Positions 20,051-30,673 of a stretch of DNA of 64,000 nt are shown here, piece by piece. Each line of letters starts with the position of its first letter. Positions within the stretch are counted from its first letter, which is position 1. Source of the DNA: Methanomassiliicoccaceae archaeon (GTDB taxonomy: Archaea > Thermoplasmatota > Thermoplasmata > Methanomassiliicoccales > Methanomassiliicoccaceae); contig CAVSJV010000005.1 of NCBI GenBank assembly GCA_963728405.1, positions 416,001-480,000 on the forward strand. Reading direction: 5' to 3'. The notes under the pieces were generated by a model, which searched no databases, was not told the DNA's origin, and worked only from the letters and a program-made list of their open reading frames with translations. A program made the position numbers and the translations under genes.

Positions 20051-21793
20051 ATGGCATCCCAAGAATATTTATTGTGCATTGGACCTTTCTATATGAATCT
20101 GAAATGGGAGAAGAACAAGATGCTGGGGGGGGGGCTTAGAGAGCGAGCCAAAAAGCGCCTGGAAAGAAAACGGCCGGCCCACACCGTGTCGGAGAAAGCC
20201 CCCTCTGAACTAATAGAGGAGCTTAGCATCCACCAAGAGGAGCTCAATATCCAGAACGAGGAGCTTCTGAGGGCCCAGGTAGAGCTAGAAGCCTCCCGAG
20301 CCAAATATTTCGAATTGTATGACATGGCTCCAGTGGGTTACATAACTCTAAATCAGGATCTGGTAATCAAGGAGGCCAATCTGGCAGCCTCATCGCTTTT
20401 AGGAACGATGAGAAACATCGCCATCAACAGGGGCATCTCGACCTTCATATCTCCGGAATGTCAAGAAATGCTTTATCTTCACTACCGAAGGCTCGCACAG
20501 GGTGAAGGAAAACAAAAACATACGCTCATTGTTCAGAGAAAAGACGGCAGCAAACCTCTTGTCCAGTTCGAGAGCAACATCGCCAAGGATGGTCCGGATA
20601 AAGGGTTCCGATCGATCTTGACCGATGTCACCGATCTGAAGAGGGCCGAGAGGGGGCTGGAAGACACAAAAGGCCTACTCGAGGCCATAATTCGACAGAT
20701 GCCGATAGGCATCATGGTGGCTGATGCTCGTTCGGGGGAAATTATTCTCGCCAATGACGAGATCGAGAAGATATATGGCCTAGGGTTCAGACCAACGGAC
20801 ATCAAGGGCTTCGTCGAATATTCTCGATTGGCGAGGCGTCACTTGGACGGTCGGCCGTATCATATGGATGAGTATCCCGTCGTCCGCTCCCTCAAAGGAG
20901 AGGTGATAAGGAGCGAACTGGCTGGAGTAATGAGGCCGAATGGTTCAGAGGTATTCATTAGCGGGAGCAGTGCTCCAGTGTTCGATTCCAATGGTGATAT
21001 CGTGGCCGCGGTGGCCCTGTCTATCGACGTGACCGATCTGATAAGGGTCCAAATGGAGAGGGACCAATTACTTGCCGATGCCGAGCGAAATTCAAGGGAA
21101 TTGCAAAGATCAAATACCGAGCTAGAACAGTTCGCCTATGTGGCCTCGCATGATCTCAGGGAGCCACTGCGGATGGTCCGAAGTTATCTTGACCTCCTGG
21201 AAAAGAAGTATAGCGGAAAGGTCCTGGACGATAAGGCCGATGCGTACATCGACTTCGCCGTGGATGGCGCAAAGAGGATGCAGGCCATGATCGATGACAT
21301 TCTTACCTATGCACGGGTAGGAACTCAGGGCGAACCTCATCAACTGGTCGATATGGAGCAGGTGCTCTATAAAGTGCTGAAAGACCTTGAGCGTGAGATA
21401 AGGGAATCCGGGACGATTGTGACCGTGGGACCACTGCCTGAGGTCATGGCCGATCCATCCCAGATGTCCCAGCTCCTGCAGAACCTTATTGCCAATGCCA
21501 TCAAGTTCCGTTCCAAGGGCGCGGTGAAGGTCCGCGTCTCCGTAGAAGAAAAGGGCAAGGAATGGGCGTTCGCCATCTCAGATAACGGCATCGGCATCCC
21601 CGTCGATCAGCAGCCCCGTCTCTTCCAGATGTTCCAGCGCCTCAACCCCAGGCAAGAGTATCCCGGAACAGGGATCGGGCTGGCCATCTGCAAGAAGATC
21701 GTCGAGCAGCACGGCGGCCGGATATGGGTGGAATCGGAGGTCGGTAAGGGATCGACATTCTACTTCACCCTACCTATGGGCAGGAAGGAATGA
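20051..21793 (+). CDS. PAS-domain sensor histidine kinase
   Basis: Two PAS domains, [14 protein letters not shown]-box, [29 protein letters not shown]; start may be about 20092 or 20120. Confidence 0.93.
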   Translation: MASQEYLLCIGPFYMNLKWEKNKMLGGGLRERAKKRLERKRPAHTVSEKAPSELIEELSIHQEELNIQNEELLRAQVELEASRAKYFELYDMAPVGYITLNQDLVIKEANLAASSLLGTMRNIAINRGISTFISPECQEMLYLHYRRLAQGEGKQKHTLIVQRKDGSKPLVQFESNIAKDGPDKGFRSILTDVTDLKRAERGLEDTKGLLEAIIRQMPIGIMVADARSGEIILANDEIEKIYGLGFRPTDIKGFVEYSRLARRHLDGRPYHMDEYPVVRSLKGEVIRSELAGVMRPNGSEVFISGSSAPVFDSNGDIVAAVALSIDVTDLIRVQMERDQLLADAERNSRELQRSNTELEQFAYVASHDLREPLRMVRSYLDLLEKKYSGKVLDDKADAYIDFAVDGAKRMQAMIDDILTYARVGTQGEPHQLVDMEQVLYKVLKDLEREIRESGTIVTVGPLPEVMADPSQMSQLLQNLIANAIKFRSKGAVKVRVSVEEKGKEWAFAISDNGIGIPVDQQPRLFQMFQRLNPRQEYPGTGIGLAICKKIVEQHGGRIWVESEVGKGSTFYFTLPMGRKE

Positions 21794-21935
21794 GCTAGAT
21801 CACCGGGTGCGATTGGTGCTGGGCCGCGACTTTCCGTCGATCTGCCTGACCCCCCTATCGCCTGATGCCTATGTAAGCAGGAATGGGCCCAGGGGTACGG
21901 TGTAAAAGAGCGATTGCGCATCATCTACCGTTCGC

Positions 21936-23093
21936 TCATGGGTGCGCCTTGGGGATGGTGAAGCGGTATATGGACCATTTCCCTCCTTCTGAATCGACCC
22001 ACAGGCTGCCCCCATGCCTTTCCACGATCCGTTTGCTGATGATGAGGTCGATGCCAGCGCCTGGATAGTCGCCCGTTGCGCTCTCGATGAACAAACCCTT
22101 GAACTCACCGCGGACCATGTCCTGGAACTGCACAGGTATCCCTGTTCCATTGTCCTTAACGGAGAATGACCATTCTTTTGGTCCCTCTCCCGCAGAGATA
22201 TGGACCGACATCGGCCTTGTTCCCCTGAACCTAATAGCGTTGTCCAACAGCTTGTTCAGTAACAAGGTCATCTGAGTCCGGTCAGCGAGGATGGTGGGTA
22301 AGGGGTCGTGAGTGACGGTGACGTTGGCCCTATCGATCAATTCCCCCCGCCTCTTAAGGACGGCGGCGAGGACCTCTTCCATCTTGACCGGATCGAACGA
22401 CCTCCCCTCCATCCCCACTTTAGAGTATTCCACCAGGTCGGTGATCATCTCCTGCATCCTCGCCGCGCCGTCCAGAGCGAGGGAGATGTTCTCCCCAGTG
22501 GTTTTTTCCAGTGCCATTACAGCGTGATCCGACCGGAGAAGCTGGAGATGCTTGATGACCACACTTGATGGCAACTTGAGGTCGTGAGCGACGACGTAAC
22601 CGAACTGTTCGATGTCCGCGCTCGAACCGATAATGCCATACTTTAGCCCTCTCTGCTCCTCCACCAATTTCTTACGCTCGATGGCATAGCGAATGGAGCG
22701 GACCAGGACCTCGCCATTGATGGTCTCCTTGAACAGGTAGTCCTGAGCGCCATGGTGCATCGCCTTCTGAGCCAGGTCCTTGTCCTGATTACGGGTCAGG
22801 ACGATCATCGGGATCCTGATCGAATTGTCACTGATGACCTCAAAGGTGTCATAACCCTGGCTATATGGAAGATAAAGGTCCATGATAACGAGGTCGACCT
22901 TTCTGTCCATTAGAGAGAGGCCCATATCCACATCTGTCGCCACTTTGACGGTGATGTTCTCCCCCGAGAGCATTTGCTTTATCGACGCTATGTCCTCATT
23001 GCTTTCATCGATGAGAAGCACAGTGATCGCGTCTGATTCGCGTCCAGTTACGACCTCCTCGGTCATTGATGTTGGTTGCCCAGCGTTTCTCAT
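21936..23093 (-). CDS. Hybrid receiver-histidine kinase (REC-HisKA-HATPase) with divergent ATP-lid motifs
   Basis: VLLIDE...DLVIMDLYLP...AQDYLFK; AHDLKLP; DNAIRF; DNGTGI; GAGIDL. Confidence 0.85.
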   Translation of the reverse strand: MRNAGQPTSMTEEVVTGRESDAITVLLIDESNEDIASIKQMLSGENITVKVATDVDMGLSLMDRKVDLVIMDLYLPYSQGYDTFEVISDNSIRIPMIVLTRNQDKDLAQKAMHHGAQDYLFKETINGEVLVRSIRYAIERKKLVEEQRGLKYGIIGSSADIEQFGYVVAHDLKLPSSVVIKHLQLLRSDHAVMALEKTTGENISLALDGAARMQEMITDLVEYSKVGMEGRSFDPVKMEEVLAAVLKRRGELIDRANVTVTHDPLPTILADRTQMTLLLNKLLDNAIRFRGTRPMSVHISAGEGPKEWSFSVKDNGTGIPVQFQDMVRGEFKGLFIESATGDYPGAGIDLIISKRIVERHGGSLWVDSEGGKWSIYRFTIPKAHP

Positions 23094-23310
23094 AGCATCT
23101 CAGCCAGCCTTCGTAAATAATCAGCAGGACCGCCTATTGCGATCTCATGCAATGGGTCAACAGGGCTGTCCATCGGATCCTCTCCACCGATCAATATCTA
23201 GGTGAAATGGCCGTATATAATGACATTCGCCCCTACGCTGGCAAGATACTTTGTAAATCAAGGACTTGAATGGCGATCTTAGATCTAATTGTCACTTAGA
23301 AGCCAGGGAG

Positions 23311-23676
23311 TCATGCATGTATCGTTATCCCAAGCTCTCCGTAGCTGTTCAGGACGATGGATGGATTTCCATCCCGAGCCAATCTTTCCTTGAGGGCAGG
23401 ATATGATGCATCGGGAACGATAACAGTGACCCGGTACCCCTCCGCTACAACCTCGTTGTATTGTAGCAATGCATATTGTCTCAGCCAACTTTTTTCAGTC
23501 TCGATGAAGTCCAGGCCCCTCAGCCCACTCCCCCTGTCGATAGTTGTTATGACGCCATACTCTTCGCCCCCGCTTTTTTTTACATCAAATTCTATCGACA
23601 AACCAGGAGCCATGGTCTGGATCATAACGATCCTCTGTTGTATTATGTCCTCCACTCCCCTGTTAGACATGTTCAC
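23311..23676 (-). CDS. Hypothetical ~120-aa protein, paralog of 45370-45729
   Basis: Colinear similarity to the second copy across the full length. Confidence 0.75.
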   Translation of the reverse strand: MNMSNRGVEDIIQQRIVMIQTMAPGLSIEFDVKKSGGEEYGVITTIDRGSGLRGLDFIETEKSWLRQYALLQYNEVVAEGYRVTVIVPDASYPALKERLARDGNPSIVLNSYGELGITIHA

Positions 23677-24040
23677 TACTTCAGTTGGTTCGATATAACA
23701 ATGTTCTGTCAGGTCGTGCAGGAATTCAGATGGTCATCCATTATCTGCCTCCCGTTCAGCTAAGGGAGGAAGCCTGACCAGACATGATGCCTCAACTCAC
23801 AACAGGAAGTAGGGATCAGTTTCTCCGCCGTCGTAGCGAAGTATCGTACTAAAGTAGAGGACCACTCACCTTCGAAGCGGGCAAGCATCTCCAGGAATTT
23901 AGCTGTTCCATATCCTTGTGCGTTAGTGCGTGCCTAATGCTGGGATTTAAATACTATGGGCCTTCTGGTTAGTAATTCCGCTCATCCCTTAGGTCTCCAC
24001 AGGCGGGAAGAAGGTTTTGAGAACGAGTTAGGACTTTGAA

Positions 24041-24544
24041 ATGAATTGCAATATTATTCAGATGGCCGATGCTGGAAGCAGCTGCCAAAAGAACATTGAA
24101 CAATGGATGATCGATGGAATGCCCCAGTTGATCAGGGATGCCGGGGCGAGCATGGGGTCGGGAGCTAATGTGATGGTCCTGGCCTGCCGATGGAGATACT
24201 TCGCCGCCGAGGACCTGATGGGGCTTAAGAAGCTAGCCTCTAACACCGACTATAGGGTCATCAGGATGCCCTGTTCTGGCCAGGTCCAAGCGAATTGGAT
24301 AGCTGCCGCACTTGATTCAGGAGCGGATGCGGTCCTGGTCATGGGGGGCCACCCTGCTACCTGTCATTTTGCTCAAGATTCGATCGAAGGGGATAAAATG
24401 CCTAATGATGGACCCGGGCCGCAGAAATTCGATCCGGCTCGTCTGTTGGTCGATTGGTCAGAAGGAGATAGGTCCGAAAGGTTCCTGGGATCTGTAGACC
24501 AGCTCGTAGCGACCGTGGAAAAATTGAGAGATATGCCACAATGA
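24041..24544 (+). CDS. MvhD/FlpD-like hydrogenase iron-sulfur subunit, degenerate
   Basis: RVIRMPCSGQV, GADAVLVMGGHPATCHF, DPARLLVDW. Confidence 0.75.
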   Translation: MNCNIIQMADAGSSCQKNIEQWMIDGMPQLIRDAGASMGSGANVMVLACRWRYFAAEDLMGLKKLASNTDYRVIRMPCSGQVQANWIAAALDSGADAVLVMGGHPATCHFAQDSIEGDKMPNDGPGPQKFDPARLLVDWSEGDRSERFLGSVDQLVATVEKLRDMPQ

Positions 24545-24800
24545 AATGTGGATCGATCCCCTCTTTTACAAATTATTGAGAAGGAGCGTTCATCCCATTC
24601 CTGGGCAAGAAACCCTTTTGTCGCTTGTCAATTCTATAGCATTTCACTTGAGGGTTAGATATCAAGTAGAAATGGGGAAAATTGCATCGAGCTAATTCAA
24701 AAAGCTCGAACAATTGGATGATCTGTGCCCCCTCAAAAATGTGAGGAGACATTGTGGACCATTTTTAATTGCCATTAAATACTCACCCCTATCATGATAT

Positions 24801-24880
24801 AGGTGCAGGCGTCACCTGGGCAGTCATTGAGAGCTTGGCAGTAAACACACTGTCATTTGCCCAGGGCCTGCACAAATTTT
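24801..24880 (+). ncRNA. Candidate structured small RNA
   Basis: Nested stems gtgcaggc/gcctgcac, cctgggca/tgcccagg and tggcagt/actgtca; TTAAATA at 24775; T run after the stem. Confidence 0.4.
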
Positions 24881-25097
24881 CTCGATAACCTTGACCGCAT
24901 CTGCTTTGAATGGACCCCATCTTGTTAGATCCATGGCCAGGAGATCACAAAGGCCGGAGAATGATGCGGCCCATTGGCGACCTTTTAATAAAATTGGTAA
25001 ATTTTAGTCTAACCTGTCTCATATAGTCGACGCTCACAACAGACAGTGAAGTGATCGGGCCGTGCCGATGAGCACCCGGCCCTCAAGGTGATAAAAA

Positions 25098-25256
25098 ATG
25101 AAAGGAGCGATCAAGAAAGATATCGACAAGGAAATTGAGGATGTTCAGAAAGTAGCGAGGGGTGGAGCCAAGGACATCAAGAAGGGCGTTAAGGATGTTG
25201 GAGAGGCCATCGATAAGGAAGTGAAGAAGGTACAAGGGAAAATAAAAAAAGCATAA
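25098..25256 (+). CDS. 52-aa Lys/Asp/Glu-rich amphipathic small protein (LEA/CsbD-like)
   Basis: MKGAIKKDIDKEIEDVQKVARGGAKDIKKGVKDVGEAIDKEVKKVQGKIKKA*; AGGTGA Shine-Dalgarno just upstream. Confidence 0.65.
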   Translation: MKGAIKKDIDKEIEDVQKVARGGAKDIKKGVKDVGEAIDKEVKKVQGKIKKA

Positions 25257-25641
25257 ACTAGAAGCTTTCCGGGAGCGCCTTGCGGTGTCCGATGCTTAGG
25301 CAGAAATCAATCAGCTCGATCGAATTTGCGTCCAACCTCTAGGTCTAAACAAAGACCAGGGTTCTTTTCGAACTTTATCAACGAATTAATTCGTGGTCGG
25401 GTTGCCAAGCAGGGAGCAAAACTGAAGGCAGGCACCTGGGGCCATATGTGCGGGACCTCACAGATCCGGCGGTGATCCAGGGGCACCAAGACTTCAATTT
25501 TTAACTCAGCTTAAAGATCAAAATAGCCCCATTATATCCGACACAAAGAAAAAATATCCTTTCTAGAACGCCAGTAACAAACGGATCGGGTGAATGGATA
25601 AAGGATCAACTAGGACAAATAAGATTAATGAATAAGAATAA

Positions 25642-25717
25642 TGGTGGGGCCGCCCGGATTTGAACCGGAGTCTATTGGTCCCGAACCAACAAGGATTCCA
25701 AGCTACCCCACGGCCCC
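25642..25717 (-). tRNA. tRNA-Pro (anticodon CGG), CCA encoded, no intron
   Basis: GGGGCCG acceptor stem; GTTGG-TTCGGGA-CCAAT anticodon arm; TCCGG-TTCAAAT-CCGGG T arm; ends ACCA. Confidence 0.96.
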
Positions 25718-25827
25718 GTAGAGGTAGGATGGGCTAATATGGACGATAATTAAATACCTATCGACCAACTGGCGCTCAATAATTTGAGCTCCACCGTATC
25801 TCAAACAGTATCGACCCATGGAGTAAC

Positions 25828-27033
25828 CTATGTCTTTGTATCCCCGCTCGAAGTACCTACTGTCTCGGGAATTCTAGGACTCGCAGCTGGACTTGGGACT
25901 TTGCATTGGGCCCCCGAAAGGCCCCCCTCACGGTCCGCCGCATGCGGCTGGTAGGTCGGCAGCCTACTCGCTTCAGATTTACCGAGGCGAGCGATGTTCC
26001 TGGAGGCATTTAGGTCGGCGTTGAGCTGGAAACCACAGCGTACGCAATGGAAGTGACCACCCACCCGACTCTTCCGGTCTATCCAACCACACTTGGAGCA
26101 CCATTGTGAAGTGCAGGTTGGATCAATAAGGACGACCGTTTTTCCCAGACCTTCTGCTTTGTATCTGATGAACTGCTCTAATTGAAAATATGCCCAGCGG
26201 TTCAGTTTGGTCTTCATTTTTCTATCTAGCCATCTACCTTTCCCAATGTCGGCTAGGTCCTCCAGGGCGAACACAGCAAAGTCGGTGTTCACTATTTCTT
26301 TTGAGATACGATGGTTCTCGCAGGTCACGAACCGTCTCTCTCGTCCAGATTGTTGTCTTAATCTCCTTATGGCCGAACGAGTGCCTACAGCCTGCAGTTC
26401 TGCTTTGTTCTTAGCGTATTTTCCTCTTGTTGCATTTATCTCTGAGGAGTCATAGAACTCGTTGTTCGAACAAACCGCGACGTTCTTTAACCCTCTATCG
26501 ATGCCCAGCGTTTCGCCTTCAACAGGCTTGACGATGGTCCGATCCTCCACTACCACGCTGAGGAAGAATCTTCGTTTTATTCTATCCCAGATCAGGACAG
26601 ATATTTTACAATTCCATCCCGCGTACTTTCTCAAATATTCATGCAGCACGACCGGCGCATGGATCCTGCCATCGACCGAATAGATGCTAACGGTCCCTGA
26701 TTCAAAGTACACCTTTGCAACCCTCCAGGGATAGCGGACCGCTGCGTGGGGTTTCCTCTTCGGAGCCGTTTTCATCTCGCATTGTTTGAGCGCCTCACAA
26801 GCAGTGTCCTTCGCGCTCTGGATGAGGCCAGCAGCGAGCTTTGGGACGGCAGCCCGCATATCGTAATAGATGTCATATTGGAGCCTCCGTTTGCTGCAGT
26901 CCTGGTGTTGGTAGCCCCATGCTGCGGCATAGTTGTAGGCCGAGGTATATTCCTCCATCGTCCTAAGCAGCGAGCCCTTCTGCTCCTCGGTCAGAACAAG
27001 CTCCAGCTTGACCGTCCGCATCATGGGTCGCAC
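25828..27033 (-). mobile_element. tnpB: Solo IS200/IS605-family TnpB RNA-guided nuclease (IS1341-like, no tnpA adjacent)
   Basis: RTVKLEL...TEEQ N-terminus; RuvC motifs GIDRG, ALEDL, NADLNASRNI; Zn finger CSKCG...CVRCG. Confidence 0.92.
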
Positions 27034-27178
27034 ATGGACTAGCCAATTGATTCCCCATTGCTCTGCAAGTAACCTACTTCCTGGTCGGGACGGCCGGCAT
27101 CCCTATGCTAGCTCGCTCGACTCATCATCGAGGAGTCAGGCATTTAATTACCCACAGCCCTACCTTGACCGGGGAAGA

Positions 27179-27730
27179 ATGAAGCGCTGGCAGGTCGTGG
27201 GCGTATTTATCGTATGCATCCTGGTAGGGGTCGCCGGTTGGGCCTCACAAAAGGCTGTGGCCGACTATGTTCATCCCATGGGCTCGGGCGGTCAGACCGC
27301 CGGTCAGGGCTGGGAGGTGGAGAACATCCCTCTTGATCCTGCTCTCGGCGAACATGTAAAGATCGAGATAACCTCTTTGAATGGTCATCCTCTCAATGTC
27401 TACTACACCACCGAAGCAGGCTTGGTGGCCACCCACCTAGGTCAACCGTTCGAGTACGATCCTCAGTATTCTCATATGAACGCGACCCATGTCAAGATGG
27501 AACTGAGCCTCCCCGTCAGCTCAGAAATACTCGAGATCATGATAACAAGCAGCGACCCTCAGGAGATCGTCCCCTGCCAGGTGGTCGCGGAGCAGTCCCA
27601 TCTGCCCTTTGACATGAAGGCGTTCTTCCAAGCGACCTCGTTCATCTGCTGGATATCGGGCATATCTCTATTCGTCCTGTTGGTCCATTCCATCTCTATA
27701 TATCGGGGTGAACGGAACCGTTACGCCTGA
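27179..27730 (+). CDS. Hypothetical membrane-anchored protein
   Basis: N-terminal signal or TM segment, beta-rich middle, C-terminal TM. Confidence 0.65.
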   Translation: MKRWQVVGVFIVCILVGVAGWASQKAVADYVHPMGSGGQTAGQGWEVENIPLDPALGEHVKIEITSLNGHPLNVYYTTEAGLVATHLGQPFEYDPQYSHMNATHVKMELSLPVSSEILEIMITSSDPQEIVPCQVVAEQSHLPFDMKAFFQATSFICWISGISLFVLLVHSISIYRGERNRYA

Positions 27731-27753
27731 ACTAACGATTAGGGGCATCAACG

Positions 27754-28041
27754 TTAGATCTTCCCGGTGCCCTGGATGATATCGTTGATCCATTGTACCA
27801 GCTTTCGGTATGCTTCCTCTCCCTTTTCGGTGAGGACGATGCCATCGCGACCCCCTTCCACCGCCCTAAGCTCCACCAGGCCCTTGGCCAGCAACCAATC
27901 GAGATACTTGGTGAACACGTCGTAGTTGACCTTCGATGCCACTTGAAGCCTGGTCCGGAGCATAGGGACGTCCTCGTTCCACAATCTCTCCAGGACCCTG
28001 GCCACCACATAGAGGTCCGGCCGCTCCATGGGTGCCGCCAT
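27754..28041 (-). CDS. Small winged-helix DNA-binding protein
   Basis: RTRLQVASKVNYDVFTKYLDWLLAKGLV...LTEKGEEAY; TGATG overlap with the upstream gene. Confidence 0.8.
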   Translation of the reverse strand: MAAPMERPDLYVVARVLERLWNEDVPMLRTRLQVASKVNYDVFTKYLDWLLAKGLVELRAVEGGRDGIVLTEKGEEAYRKLVQWINDIIQGTGKI

Positions 28042-28760
28042 CAAAGGCCCCCAAGGTATTCTTCCATGGCCTTTCTGGATTCCTCCATCCGCCGGCCCCA
28101 CCGTTCCAGGAGGGCGTCCCGTTCCCGGCGGTCCGCAGAGATGATGATGGCCAGGGAGATCAGGAGTACCGCGATGACCGTACCGAGCAGGAGGAACAGG
28201 TAGCCCAGCCCCGGGACACTGGGCGTCGAGAAGATCTGGACGATGAGGTAGGCGACCGATGCGCCGGCAATGAACACTGTGGTGATCAGAAACGGATGTC
28301 GATTGAACCTATCTCGCCGGCGTATCGACGACCAGTATAGGACCTGATGAGATGCCTCCATCAGCAGGTCAAAGCTCGATATGCCCTCTCTGGCCGCGTA
28401 GGGGCTCATCGCCCGTTGTAACCGCTCTATCCACCGCCTCTGGGCCTCGATCTTCTCCCGGTACTTGCCGCGGACCACCACGATCAAGGGCACCAGCACT
28501 ACCATGGTCAGGACGGTGGCAAGTAGGAGATTCTCTAAGTAGGAATGGAAGATGGGCCAGAGGGTCGAGAAGCAGGCGAAGAGGAGGAACGTCCACAAGG
28601 CCATCCCGCCGATCGCCAAGAGGGCCATGGCGTCCTCGTACTTCGATGCCAGCACCGTACGGGCGTCCGAGGCGAGACGGTATGCTTCGGCCAGCCCGCC
28701 CTGCACTAATTGGTCGGTCCCTCTCCTATCGGTCGCGCCCGTTCTCTTCCCCCTTATCAT
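28041..28760 (-). CDS. Hypothetical 4-TM membrane protein
   Basis: Two TM hairpins separated by a charged linker; coupled to the wHTH gene. Confidence 0.65.
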   Translation of the reverse strand: MIRGKRTGATDRRGTDQLVQGGLAEAYRLASDARTVLASKYEDAMALLAIGGMALWTFLLFACFSTLWPIFHSYLENLLLATVLTMVVLVPLIVVVRGKYREKIEAQRRWIERLQRAMSPYAAREGISSFDLLMEASHQVLYWSSIRRRDRFNRHPFLITTVFIAGASVAYLIVQIFSTPSVPGLGYLFLLLGTVIAVLLISLAIIISADRRERDALLERWGRRMEESRKAMEEYLGGL

Positions 28761-28920
28761 AAAATACATTGAATATTTATACTCTTGACTCCGCGCTGAT
28801 GAGTTGGGAAGCGACATTATGGGGCGGGGGCCAGCACAAGGCTGGCCGTTCTCTCATACGAGCATTGTCGATGTTCATATACGACAAATATAAATATGGT
28901 GCCAGATTTTTCCCGTCCTA

Positions 28921-29604
28921 ATGAGGGAACAGCTGCGCGAGAAGATCGCTGGCGAGATCACTCTGTCCGTCGATGCTGGGAAAACGATCCGCAAGTGGCG
29001 GGACGAGTTCGGTATCTCCCAGCAGGAGCTGGCCCGCCATCTCGGCATATCGCCGTCGGTCATCAGCGACTACGAGTCGGGACGAAGGAAGTCGCCGGGC
29101 ATCGCCATCATCCGCCGTCTGGTGGACGGTTTCATCGACCTGGACGAGCGGTCCGGGGGCAAGATCCTGAAAAAATATGACCTCGGTGAGAAGCATGACT
29201 GCATCATCAGCATCAACGAGTTCCGCACTAGCATATCGGCCAGGGAGTTCATGGACCTGATCGAGGCGGAACCTCTCAACCGCGGCATCTCGCTGGACCG
29301 TCACATCCATGGCTACACGGTCATCGACTCCATCAAGGCCATCACCTCATTGTCCTCGTTCGACTATCTGAAGATCTACGGCTGGTCTAGCGAGCGCGCG
29401 CTCATCTTCACTGGGGTCAAGTTCGGCCGCTCGCCAATGATAGCCATCCGCGCTCATCCTCTGAAACCGAGCCTCGTCGGCTACCACCGACCGGAGCACG
29501 TGGACGAGCTGGCCATCAAGCTCGCCACGCTGGAGAACATACCGTTGATCAAGATGGAACTGCCGGTCCCCACCATCGTGGACCGGCTCAAGAAGCTCAC
29601 CTAG
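28921..29604 (+). CDS. XRE-family HTH regulator (archaeal COG1709 type)
   Basis: [13 protein letters not shown]...SQQELA...[36 protein letters not shown]. Confidence 0.88.
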   Translation: MREQLREKIAGEITLSVDAGKTIRKWRDEFGISQQELARHLGISPSVISDYESGRRKSPGIAIIRRLVDGFIDLDERSGGKILKKYDLGEKHDCIISINEFRTSISAREFMDLIEAEPLNRGISLDRHIHGYTVIDSIKAITSLSSFDYLKIYGWSSERALIFTGVKFGRSPMIAIRAHPLKPSLVGYHRPEHVDELAIKLATLENIPLIKMELPVPTIVDRLKKLT

Positions 29605-29614
29605 GAGACATATC

Positions 29615-30673
29615 ATGGACGTAGGCATTGTAAGTTATGGGGCCTACCTGCCCCGCTACAGGATCGTACCGCAGGAGATAGGACGGGTGTGGGGGACCGA
29701 CGGCGACGCGATGAGCCGTAACCTGCTCATCTTCTCCAAGTCCGTCCCCGCACCGGATGAGGATGTCATCACCATCTCGGTCGAAGCGGCCCGGAACATG
29801 ATGCGCCGTTGTGACGTAGACCCTCACCAGATCGGGGCGATCTACGTCGGTTCGGAATCTCACCCCTATGCGGTCAAACCAACCGGGACGATCGTGGCCG
29901 AGGCCATCGAGGCGGGGCCGAACCTGACCGTGGCGGACTACGAGTTCGCCTGCAAGGCCGGGACGGCGGCGATCCAGACCTGCATGGGCCTGGTGGGCTC
30001 GGGCATGGTCAAGTACGGCGTCGCCATCGGGGCGGACACCTCTCAGGGAGCACCGGGTGACGCGTTGGAGTTCTCGGCGTCGGCCGGCGGGGCGGCGTAT
30101 CTGATCGGTTCCGAGAAGATCATCGCCCGCATCAATCGCACATGTTCATACACCACCGACACCCCCGACTTCTGGAGGCGGGAGGGGCAGTGCTATCCGT
30201 CCCATGGTGGGCGTTTCACCGGCGAGCCAGCCTACTTCAAGCACGTCATGGCCTCGGCCAAGAACCTGCTGGAGATCATGGGAACGAAGCCGTCCGATTA
30301 CGACTACGCCATCTTCCACCAGCCCAACGGCAAGTTCCCGGTGAGGGTCGCCAAGCAGCTGGGCTTTACCGAGCCGCAGATCGAGGTCGGCCTGCTCACG
30401 CCGTTCATCGGCAACACCTACTCGGGCGCAGTGCCCCTGGGCCTGGCATCGGTGCTGGACGTGGCGAAGCCTGGTCAGCGCATCTTCGCCGTGGCCTATG
30501 GCTCCGGCGCCGGCTCGGATGCCTTCGATATGACGGTCACCGAGGAGATCAATAACCTTAGGAAGGGAGCGGCGCCTACCGTGAAAGAGCTGGTCGAGAA
30601 CAAGAAGTTCCTTGACTACGCCACTTATGCCAAGTATCGTGGCAAGATCAGGATGAAGGAGGCAGCGGAATGA
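29615..30673 (+). CDS. mvaS: Hydroxymethylglutaryl-CoA synthase (archaeal)
   Basis: [39 protein letters not shown]. Confidence 0.95.
   Translation: MDVGIVSYGAYLPRYRIVPQEIGRVWGTDGDAMSRNLLIFSKSVPAPDEDVITISVEAARNMMRRCDVDPHQIGAIYVGSESHPYAVKPTGTIVAEAIEAGPNLTVADYEFACKAGTAAIQTCMGLVGSGMVKYGVAIGADTSQGAPGDALEFSASAGGAAYLIGSEKIIARINRTCSYTTDTPDFWRREGQCYPSHGGRFTGEPAYFKHVMASAKNLLEIMGTKPSDYDYAIFHQPNGKFPVRVAKQLGFTEPQIEVGLLTPFIGNTYSGAVPLGLASVLDVAKPGQRIFAVAYGSGAGSDAFDMTVTEEINNLRKGAAPTVKELVENKKFLDYATYAKYRGKIRMKEAAE

Noticed and set aside
16600-25720. attL/attR duplication of the tRNA-Pro 3' end and an integrase
   Set aside because: No second copy of the tRNA end and no integrase found, so the AT-richer region is not called an integrated element.
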